Shown here: positions 18,066 to 24,254 of the stretch, one piece after another | Numbering within the stretch: position 1 is the first letter of the stretch | Layout: each line of letters starts with the position of its first letter | From: a virus | Direction: 5' to 3' (one strand) | Length of the DNA: 32,139 nt | IMG/VR virus record: IMGVR_UViG_3300045988_095662 | Location: 1-32,139 of that record | Notes under the pieces: model-generated | What the model saw: the letters and a program-made list of their open reading frames with translations, nothing else | Databases searched by the model: none | What the model was told of the DNA's origin: nothing | Made by a program: the position numbers and the translations under genes

Positions 18066-18382
18066 CGAGTACCACCGCCGAACAGCTCGACAAGCGCCGC
18101 GCGCTGGTTAGCTCCCAAACCGCGAAGGCGGCGCGATTCGGAAATGTGCAGCTTTCGCATGGTCTGCTGAGTTCGGGCGAATCCGTAGCCCGGTGCAGCC
18201 TTGATGAGTGTAAAGACCTTCATTCGCGCCACGGCATCATCGGTGCCAGCCATGTTGAGCACGTCGGGCACGCTGTAAGAACCGTCGGCAACGCCCTTCA
18301 AGATCGCGGCGCGGCGCTGGCGTGCTGCCTTCGCCTTTTCGAGGTTTGCGCGGCGCTGCTCAGTTGTCAGATTCGGAATCAT
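18062..18382 (-). CDS. mihF: Actinobacterial-type integration host factor (mIHF) homologue
   Basis: LTTEQRRANLEKAKAARQRRA ... RMKV ... SESRRLRGLGANQRAALVELFG matches the conserved blocks of mycobacterial mIHF as I recall them. AAGGAAGG lies upstream of ATG 18382. Confidence 0.75.
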   Translation of the reverse strand: MIPNLTTEQRRANLEKAKAARQRRAAILKGVADGSYSVPDVLNMAGTDDAVARMKVFTLIKAAPGYGFARTQQTMRKLHISESRRLRGLGANQRAALVELFGGGTR

Positions 18383-18535
18383 CTTCGTAGCCTTCCTTCT
18401 CATAGGTGATGTACTCGTTGCCATGCGTCAGCTTGACGGGCGGCGTGTAGTCCTTCAGGGCACCGTCAACGCTGCCGTTCATCAGCTTGCGTTTGAGCCG
18501 CGCCCAGTCATCGTCGTTAAGCTCAATGGTTTTCA
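18359..18535 (-). CDS. Small acidic hypothetical protein (58 aa; below the ORF-track cutoff)
   Basis: Hand translation gives MKTIELNDDDWARLKRKLMNGSVDGALKDYTPPVKLTHGNEYITYEKEGYEDDSESDN. It fills the gap between flanking genes and overlaps the mIHF start. Confidence 0.5.
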
Positions 18536-18542
18536 TCGCACC

Positions 18543-18800
18543 TCATTTCTTCGTGATGCGGTAAGTGCCAGTGAGCTTCAAGCCCTTCAACGTCCGCAAG
18601 ATGTGCTCTGCGTGCTCCTTGCCGAAGATGGTTAGTGTTTGCGTCGGAATCGTGATCTCGTAGACCGTTTGCGCTTCCCGCTTCTCGCGTTCCCACATCT
18701 GCTTTAGGGCTGCTTCGGTCTTCGCCAACGTCGCTTGCATTTCCTTACTCAGCTTCGGCGTGTCGGGCTTGAAATCGAACGTTTGCGGCTCCACTGGCAC
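18543..18800 (-). CDS. Hypothetical protein (83-85 aa)
   Basis: GTG start at 18800 or 18794, after AAGGGAGG. It is the first gene after the non-coding gap downstream of the tyrosine recombinase. Confidence 0.5.
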   Translation of the reverse strand: MPVEPQTFDFKPDTPKLSKEMQATLAKTEAALKQMWEREKREAQTVYEITIPTQTLTIFGKEHAEHILRTLKGLKLTGTYRITKK

Positions 18801-18947
18801 CCTCCCTTCTCACGATTGCCTGATAATTACTTCTTATCTGGCACGGGCGGTTCTAACCCGTACCGAAAGCGGCGGTTTATCTCGCGTTTCGTCCTCGGTC
18901 GCCGCGATGCCCGAAAACGGCGTTTTGGTTCACCTTTGGCACACCTC

Positions 18948-20126
18948 CTAACCCGCCGCGCGGCGCTTCGCTTCGCTGAAGAGCTGAGCTGCCGCCGCGT
19001 CGCGTCCGGGCATCAGGTGGCCGTAGATTCGAAGCGTCGTTGCTTCGTCCGCGTGCCCCATGCGCTCAGATAGCGTCTTCAGGTCGCAGCCGTTGGCGAT
19101 AAGCCACGAAGCGTGCGTGTGCCGCAAGCTGTGAAACGTGATCTCTCGCGGCAGTCCGCATGCGTCTCGTATGCGGCTGAAAGCCCGTGAAATCGTCGTT
19201 GGGCGCATGTAAGAGCCGTCTAGCGTCACCAGCGGGCAATCAGCGCCCAAGCGCCCCAGAACGTCGCTCTGAAGCTTCGTGAAGGCATCAATAACCGCGA
19301 TATCGTCTTGCGTAAGCGCGATGTTGCGGCACTTGCGGCCTTTTGTCACGTTGCGGCGATAGGGCTTCTTGCCCTTGCCCTCAATGACGTTGCCGCCGAC
19401 GTGGACGTAAGACATGGCGCGCTTAACGTCGATGCGCTGCACCGCGCAGACCTCGCCAACGCGCATTCCGGTAACGAGCGACAGCCACGAAGCGAAGGCG
19501 TAGACGGCGGCGCGGTAATCGGCTTTCGTCTCAATCTCCTTGCTAAGCGCGCCCTCTAGCTTCCCGTTGAAGCCCTCGAAGTCCCATTCGGTGAGCGCCG
19601 AAGCTTCGTGCCGTTCCGGCGATGGTTTGGCGACGTACACCAGCGGGTTAGCGTCGCAAATGCCAGCGTCTACGAAGTGGTTATAAGCGCCGCGCAAGAA
19701 GTTGTGGACGTTGATAACGCTGTTGCGGCAAAGACCTTGCCCGCCTTCATCCTTCGCCATGAGCAAGCGTTGCTCAAAGCGGTTGAAGTCCATAACGCCA
19801 AGATCGCGTGCGTTTGCGGTCTTCAGATAACGTGCGACGTAGCGGCAAAACAGCCGATAGCTCTTAATGCTGTTCGGGCTTGCGCCGTTGCGCTCCCTCA
19901 GTTGCACGTAATCTTCGAGCAAATCGGTCAAGCGGTCGCTTCTAACCGTTCCGTCAGCCGTCACGTAAGCCGCCCACGTCTCAGCGAGGGCTTGCGCTTC
20001 CTCTTCGGTTGCCGCATTCGGAAACCGCTTGTAAGGGCGAATCGCCTTGCCGTCGATGCTGCGCCCAAGGTACAACCGGCACTCGAAAACGCCATCTGCA
20101 CCGCGCTTGACCTTAACGCCCATCAT
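18948..20126 (-). CDS. Tyrosine recombinase / phage integrase family
   Basis: C-terminal catalytic region ...RVGE...HSLRHTHASWL...GHADEATTLRIYGHL. ATGA overlap with the upstream small ORF. Confidence 0.9.
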   Translation of the reverse strand: MMGVKVKRGADGVFECRLYLGRSIDGKAIRPYKRFPNAATEEEAQALAETWAAYVTADGTVRSDRLTDLLEDYVQLRERNGASPNSIKSYRLFCRYVARYLKTANARDLGVMDFNRFEQRLLMAKDEGGQGLCRNSVINVHNFLRGAYNHFVDAGICDANPLVYVAKPSPERHEASALTEWDFEGFNGKLEGALSKEIETKADYRAAVYAFASWLSLVTGMRVGEVCAVQRIDVKRAMSYVHVGGNVIEGKGKKPYRRNVTKGRKCRNIALTQDDIAVIDAFTKLQSDVLGRLGADCPLVTLDGSYMRPTTISRAFSRIRDACGLPREITFHSLRHTHASWLIANGCDLKTLSERMGHADEATTLRIYGHLMPGRDAAAAQLFSEAKRRAAG

Positions 20127-20344
20127 GACCACTCGCAGTTTTCACGAATCCGCGAAGGGCAGTTATCGTCGTGGCAGTCCGCGCAATCCAACTGCTCTTT
20201 CCTGATGTGGAACTCAACGATTCGGTACTTCAGAGAAAATCGGATGAGCAGCAGCAGGGCATGAGCAAGCGAGTTGGTAAATTGACCGTCCCAGAACGGG
20301 CAAAGTCCGCTCATCGCGCCGCGAACCTCGTACTTGCCGCCCAT
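20123..20344 (-). CDS. Small Cys/His-rich hypothetical protein (73 aa)
   Basis: The ATG lies 1 nt after the upstream stop, and the stop overlaps the recombinase start. Contains CADCHDDNC...C. Confidence 0.45.
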   Translation of the reverse strand: MGGKYEVRGAMSGLCPFWDGQFTNSLAHALLLLIRFSLKYRIVEFHIRKEQLDCADCHDDNCPSRIRENCEWS

Positions 20345-20345
20345 G

Positions 20346-20543
20346 CTACTTGCCAACCTTCATGAACGCGCGCATAACGCAGGTGAGCGCGAACACGACG
20401 AACACGGCAAAGGCGATAAGCCCGAAACCAGCGCCGAAGAACACGCCAACCGCGATGCTCACAACGAGCGCCAGAATGGAAAACAGGACGATTGCGGCGC
20501 ATCCGTAAGCGCCCTGCTCGATCTCTCTATCTTCTTTCAGCAT
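20346..20543 (-). CDS. Small membrane protein (65 aa, 2 predicted TM helices)
   Basis: AGGAGG lies 6 nt upstream of the ATG. The protein has long hydrophobic stretches. Confidence 0.6.
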   Translation of the reverse strand: MLKEDREIEQGAYGCAAIVLFSILALVVSIAVGVFFGAGFGLIAFAVFVVFALTCVMRAFMKVGK

Positions 20544-20553
20544 GTGAAACCTC

Positions 20554-20700
20554 CTAAAACGTGAGCGCTATAAGCGCGAGAAACACTAGAAACAGCGCGA
20601 TCGCCAGAAGCGCTTGATAAGCCAAGTAGCAGACGCACCAAAACGCGGCTACGGTCGCGGCGGTGGCAATGGCGCAAAGTACGATCTGATAGCGCTTCAC
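20554..20700 (-). CDS. Small membrane protein (48 aa)
   Basis: GTG start in a GTGA overlap with the upstream stop, with GGAAGG upstream. The sequence is almost entirely hydrophobic. The 109-aa version overlaps the DUF3310 gene and is Arg-rich. Confidence 0.45.
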   Translation of the reverse strand: MKRYQIVLCAIATAATVAAFWCVCYLAYQALLAIALFLVFLALIALTF

Positions 20701-20978
20701 TTCTTGCCTTCCGTCTCGGCAATCAGGTAGTCGATGCACTGCTTGCACTTCTGCAAGTCCTGAACGCCGTTCTTGCGCCGCCAGCGCCAAAGGTATTTGA
20801 AGGCACAGCCCCACCAGTAGGCAGATTGGGCGGGCAAGGCGTACTGGTCGCCGCTCATCATCGAGCGCATAGCGTCCATGCACTCAATATGGCCGTCGCC
20901 CGCGTAGTGGTCGGGATGCTCCACGGCATCACCGCGCGAAAGCTCGCCAAGGCTCTTCGCGTGCTTCGTCTCAATCAT
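20697..20978 (-). CDS. DUF3310-family phage protein
   Basis: HPDHY...IEC.D...F...AFKYLWRWRRKNG..DL.K pattern typical of DUF3310. ATGA overlap at the start. Confidence 0.65.
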   Translation of the reverse strand: MIETKHAKSLGELSRGDAVEHPDHYAGDGHIECMDAMRSMMSGDQYALPAQSAYWWGCAFKYLWRWRRKNGVQDLQKCKQCIDYLIAETEGKK

Positions 20979-21367
20979 CGGTAGGTAACTCCAATCATCC
21001 ACTCGCAAACCAACTTGTGAAACGCTCTGAGAAATGGCTTAACGTTCGTGTCATCAGCCCAGCCCGCAATGCCTATGAATCCGTCTTCGTTGAACGAGAT
21101 AGCTTCACGGCCTGAGAAGTAGAAGCCGCTAACGCGCAGAAACGCGCTTCTGATTCCTCTACCGCCATCGGCAAGGTTGATTTGCGGCTGGTACTTCTTG
21201 CGATAGCACGGGTGCATTTCCATGTGCTCGCCGTTGCGCTCATGCTGCGCATACTCGATTGCAAGGAATCCTTCGAGCGCTCGAATGTCGTTCGTCGTGA
21301 TCTGCTTATAGGAAAGCTTGCTTGCGAACAGCTCGCGCGCGCCGTCTCGTGTCGTTGGCGCAATCAT
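20975..21367 (-). CDS. Hypothetical protein (130 aa)
   Basis: GGGGGTG lies 5 nt upstream of ATG 21367. Confidence 0.5.
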   Translation of the reverse strand: MIAPTTRDGARELFASKLSYKQITTNDIRALEGFLAIEYAQHERNGEHMEMHPCYRKKYQPQINLADGGRGIRSAFLRVSGFYFSGREAISFNEDGFIGIAGWADDTNVKPFLRAFHKLVCEWMIGVTYR

Positions 21368-21663
21368 GCCGTCACCCCCATTTCGTGCCATTGTTGAAAA
21401 CTCTGTTGAAAACCTGTGGAAAGTCGTTTTTCTGGCGCTCGAATGAGCCGCACAAAACAAGACCGCAAAGAGAAGAAGCAAGAGAAGAAACCTTGCTTGT
21501 AGAGTTGACTAGCAAGCAAGTACGGTGGGTTTTGGTTTTGGTTCAAGGAACCAAAACCCACCTTGTCTTGTTTTGTATTGTTTTGTTTTATGGTTAGGCG
21601 ACCATTTGCGAGTGGGTTTAGCCAACCTAAAACCAGAGGTTTTGCATTGGGTTTGCAAGTCAT
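21364..21663 (-). CDS. Questionable low-complexity Q/N-rich ORF (99 aa) spanning the A+T-rich structured island
   Basis: The ATG lies 7 nt after AGGAGGTG and 5 nt after the replication gene's stop, and its stop forms an ATGA overlap with the next gene. Against this, composition and codon usage are unlike the rest of the genome, and the DNA is full of hairpins and short repeats. Confidence 0.3.
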   Translation of the reverse strand: MTCKPNAKPLVLGWLNPLANGRLTIKQNNTKQDKVGFGSLNQNQNPPYLLASQLYKQGFFSCFFSLRSCFVRLIRAPEKRLSTGFQQSFQQWHEMGVTA

Positions 21664-21667
21664 GTCT

Positions 21668-22123
21668 TTACACCTCCTGACCTGCTGAATCGTTGTTCTT
21701 TGGGTTCTTGCGCGGTCTTCCGCCCTTGCGACCGTTTGCGCGTTGGCGACCGAAATAGAGCGCGTTTTTGAGCATGCGAAAGTTCGTCAAGAAGCCGTCT
21801 TCGTCTCGTTCGAGCAACCCTATATCCAACAGCTCTTCGACAAAGGATTTGCAATCTTCAATCGCCATGTACTCATCGAACGCGCCAGACTGTCCGAAGC
21901 CCAGAATGCCCGCGAGAATAAGCGCGTCTTCCTCCGTCTCGAAAGCGATACGGTGCCCCTTGGTAGCCGCCAGATATTCGCAGAGCCGCCACCAGCGCCC
22001 GTAGCCGTCATAGCCCCGGCGATGAATGAGCCGTTGGCACTTCACGTCTTGTGAAGCGTTTGAGTCGTGCGAGAAGAAGGCCATAGGCTCTTGCGCAGCG
22101 GTCGTTTCCTCCCTTGTAGGCAT
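21668..22123 (-). CDS. DUF4373 / DnaD-like replication initiation protein
   Basis: 151 aa starting at ATG 22123, after AGGAGGTG. FFSHDSNASQD...YG.WW.L.E pattern typical of Lin1244/DUF4373 N-domains. The 288-aa version is an Arg-rich extension. Confidence 0.6.
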   Translation of the reverse strand: MPTREETTAAQEPMAFFSHDSNASQDVKCQRLIHRRGYDGYGRWWRLCEYLAATKGHRIAFETEEDALILAGILGFGQSGAFDEYMAIEDCKSFVEELLDIGLLERDEDGFLTNFRMLKNALYFGRQRANGRKGGRPRKNPKNNDSAGQEV

Positions 22124-22134
22124 GTAGTCACCTC

Positions 22135-22275
22135 CTAACCGTCTTCCTCGTCGCAGATCACGTCTGGCGCGCCCTGCTGGTGCCATCCGTCCCATACGCA
22201 GTGCCCGACTTCGCGGCAGTTCGTCCAAACGTCGCGCCCAACAAACGTGCAGCACGTCTTGCCGCGATGTCGCAT
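22135..22275 (-). CDS. Possible Cys/Trp-rich micro-protein (46 aa)
   Basis: Hand translation gives MRHRGKTCCTFVGRDVWTNCREVGHCVWDGWHQQGAPDVICDEEDG. The stop lies inside the next gene's SD sequence. The ATG is in the third copy of the 16-bp repeat and has only a weak SD. Confidence 0.3.
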   Translation of the reverse strand: MRHRGKTCCTFVGRDVWTNCREVGHCVWDGWHQQGAPDVICDEEDG

Positions 22276-22314
22276 GCTTTCGAACTCGCATGCTTTCGAA
22301 CTCGCATGCTTCGG
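22271..22314. repeat. 16-bp tandem repeat, 2.75 copies (cgcatgctttcgaact)
   Basis: Read directly: units at 22271..22286 and 22287..22302, plus a degenerate partial unit from 22303. Each unit holds two 6-bp palindromes (gcatgc, ttcgaa). Confidence 0.9.
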
Positions 22315-22364
22315 GGTCTGGCATGGGCGGTTCGCCGAAATCGAGCGGCAAGGTTGCCTGTGCG

Positions 22365-22643
22365 CTATTCCTCTTCATCGCTTGAAATGTCGTAGGCAAT
22401 CGAGCTGCCAACGTAGGTGAGCAGCTTTTGCATGTGCTTAACGGTGCTCGGCTCGGGCTTCGCGTCATCTTCAAACAGGGTGTCAACCCATGCGAGGGTG
22501 CCGCGAACGATTGCGAGCGTCGCGCCCATATCAACGTCGAAGCCCTCGCCGGTCTTGGGATTGATAAGCGACATGCTGCCGTTGAGGGCGAAAGTGCCAG
22601 CGCCGACCTTGGCGATAGTCTCGGTAATCTCTTTACGCTTCAT
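22365..22643 (-). CDS. Hypothetical protein (92 aa)
   Basis: AAGGAG lies upstream of ATG 22643, and the start overlaps the end of the upstream gene. Confidence 0.5.
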   Translation of the reverse strand: MKRKEITETIAKVGAGTFALNGSMSLINPKTGEGFDVDMGATLAIVRGTLAWVDTLFEDDAKPEPSTVKHMQKLLTYVGSSIAYDISSDEEE

Positions 22644-23034
22644 CTTTCTTCTCCTTGTCAAACATGGATGTTCTAAGCTCGATGCGAAGCTTCGGGTTGC
22701 GTTCGAGCAGCCAGCGAGCGAGCAAAGAGCTATCGCTGTTGTTGATTCCGTAGGTGTGTTCGTTGCCCTGATCGTCAACGAAGGGCACGCCAACGAGCTT
22801 CGTAGTGCCCTCATAGCGCTGCTTTTCGATGAGGTACTTAGTGGAGACGCGAAGCCCGCGAGCGTCGATTGCGAGCGCTGTAAGCTCGATTTCGCGCAGC
22901 GCCTTTGGGTTCTTCTCGCACCACTCCTTGAACAGGTAACGCCTGTCCGCGACCTTTAGCGGCATCGAGTAGACGCGCTGGCGCTCTTGGCGCATGACGG
23001 CTTCGAGCGGTTGCGTGTAGTTATCGGTGTCCAT
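22633..23034 (-). CDS. Hypothetical early protein (133 aa)
   Basis: GAGGTG lies 5 nt upstream of ATG 23034. Confidence 0.5.
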   Translation of the reverse strand: MDTDNYTQPLEAVMRQERQRVYSMPLKVADRRYLFKEWCEKNPKALREIELTALAIDARGLRVSTKYLIEKQRYEGTTKLVGVPFVDDQGNEHTYGINNSDSSLLARWLLERNPKLRIELRTSMFDKEKKDEA

Positions 23035-23227
23035 GCGGGCACCTCGCTTCACGGCTCATGACGCGGCGCAAGGCCGCTTCTGCTTCCGCCTTGCTCGCCG
23101 ATGGTGCGACGGGTAGCATCTGGCGGCGGTAGACCCTGCCGATGCCCCGGTTTTCCGGCGTGCTCGCGTCTTCCTCAATGCGCGCCATCCAGAAGCCCGC
23201 GTTGTCGCGGTAGACTTCGGCCTTCAT
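23021..23227 (-). CDS. Hypothetical protein (68 aa)
   Basis: ATGA overlap with the upstream membrane protein gene. Confidence 0.4.
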   Translation of the reverse strand: MKAEVYRDNAGFWMARIEEDASTPENRGIGRVYRRQMLPVAPSASKAEAEAALRRVMSREARCPHGHR

Positions 23228-23610
23228 GACCAGATAACGCGCCACAAGACGCGACCAACCACGATGTAAAGCGGGATGAGAAGCCACCAGCCCACGAGAT
23301 CGCACAACCAACCCAGAAGGGCGGCAGCGGCCATAGGGAGGATGCCGGTTAGCGTCAGAGCAGCGAAAGCATACAAAGCCCAGCGCTGCCAGCGCGGCAT
23401 GCGCGCTATACTGTCTTCTGTCAATTGGTAAGCCCCTTTTGACACGCCCGTTCGGTGCTGCAACACCGGGCGGGCATCCTTCTTTGCATCCACGCGGCAA
23501 CGAGAGTTGTAATCGCGTGGAATAACTGCCGTTGCGCGGCATCTAGGCCGCATGATTCGCGCATTCGTAAAACCACCCCCAAAACCACCGGTTTTAATCT
23601 CGGTTTTCAT
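23224..23610 (-). CDS. Hypothetical protein with C-terminal membrane segment (2 TM)
   Basis: GGAGG lies upstream of ATG 23610. The C-terminal 58 aa are strongly hydrophobic. An internal start at 23400 is possible. Confidence 0.45.
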   Translation of the reverse strand: MKTEIKTGGFGGGFTNARIMRPRCRATAVIPRDYNSRCRVDAKKDARPVLQHRTGVSKGAYQLTEDSIARMPRWQRWALYAFAALTLTGILPMAAAALLGWLCDLVGWWLLIPLYIVVGRVLWRVIWS

Positions 23611-23626
23611 CCTTGGAAACCTCCGT

Positions 23627-23830
23627 TTACTTTTGGAACTCAACAAACCCCAGAAGCTCATTGGGCATGCAGTCGTACAACCTGCAAAGCTCAACCAGCT
23701 TCAGAGCCGATGGGGCGGTTTTCCCGTTCTCCCAACTAAGAAGCGTCGTGATGGAAATATCCAACTGCGTAGCGGCTTGCTGAGCAGTTAGAGCAGCCCG
23801 CTCACGTGCTTCTCTATACATTGCAACCAT
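23627..23830 (-). CDS. Cro-like XRE-family HTH regulator (first gene of the early operon)
   Basis: HTH segment LTAQQAATQLDISITTLLSWENG. AGGAGGTG lies upstream of ATG 23830. It is divergent from the repressor gene. Confidence 0.8.
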   Translation of the reverse strand: MVAMYREARERAALTAQQAATQLDISITTLLSWENGKTAPSALKLVELCRLYDCMPNELLGFVEFQK

Positions 23831-23864
23831 GTTCACCTCCTAATAAGCCCTAGCGATTTCAAAG

Positions 23865-23912
23865 TAAGAGGAATCGCTTACTCACGAGAAAGATAGTAAG
23901 CGGTTCCTCTTA
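23865..23912. promoter_or_regulatory. Operator candidates in the divergent switch region
   Basis: 17-bp inverted repeat with one mismatch: taagaggaatcgcttac (23865..23881) and gtaagcggttcctctta (23896..23912). A possible -10 hexamer tacaat lies at 23934..23939. Confidence 0.6.
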
Positions 23913-23971
23913 GTCTGTCAACGAATTTTTGTGTACAATAATCGGTGCAGATTACTAGAAAGAGGTCTACT

Positions 23972-24217
23972 ATGAGTTCAGACGATGAAGATATCCGCAA
24001 GCTCATTGGTTCACGAATAGCAATCGCACGAAAGGCGGCAGGGCTGAATCAAGAAGAGTTAGCCGCTGCCGTTGGTGTTCATAAGCAAACTATTTCGCGC
24101 TACGAACGCGGCGTGCTCGTACCAGATGCCAACGAAATATGCGCGATGGTATCCACGCTCAATTGTTCGGCTGACTTCCTTCTTGGTTTTTCAGACACGT
24201 TGACCATACGCGGTTAA
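23972..24217 (+). CDS. cI-like XRE-family HTH repressor (81 aa)
   Basis: HTH segment LNQEELAAAVGVHKQTISRYERG. AAGAGG lies 7 nt upstream of the ATG. It leads the plus-strand lysogeny arm. Confidence 0.8.
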   Translation: MSSDDEDIRKLIGSRIAIARKAAGLNQEELAAAVGVHKQTISRYERGVLVPDANEICAMVSTLNCSADFLLGFSDTLTIRG

Positions 24218-24254
24218 ATAAGCCGTGGAATCCTAGAATGAAAGGCGAAGTGCG

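Noticed and set aside
18840-18880. tRNA-like T-arm (acggg-cggttctaa-cccgt) as evidence for a tRNA-derived attP core next to the tyrosine recombinase
   Set aside because: The loop is 9 nt rather than 7, there is no TTCGAAT-like consensus, and no acceptor-stem continuation is present. It cannot be supported without a host sequence.
21524-21590. The 14-bp hairpin followed by a T-rich run, read as a plus-strand rho-independent terminator
   Set aside because: No plus-strand gene ends upstream of it. The element lies in the middle of a minus-strand operon, so an origin or structural role is more plausible.
22271-22314. The tandem repeat, considered as a CRISPR array or minisatellite
   Set aside because: The units are contiguous with no spacers, there are only 2.75 copies of 16 bp, and no cas genes are present.
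21668-22534. Long N-terminal extensions of several track ORFs (21668..22534, 22365..22814, 8783..9280, 20554..20883, 20975..21481, 10098..11474, 11999..13342)
   Set aside because: The extensions are Arg-rich, overlap the preceding gene and lack SD sequences. Internal starts with SD motifs or ATGA/GTGA coupling give compact, non-overlapping genes.
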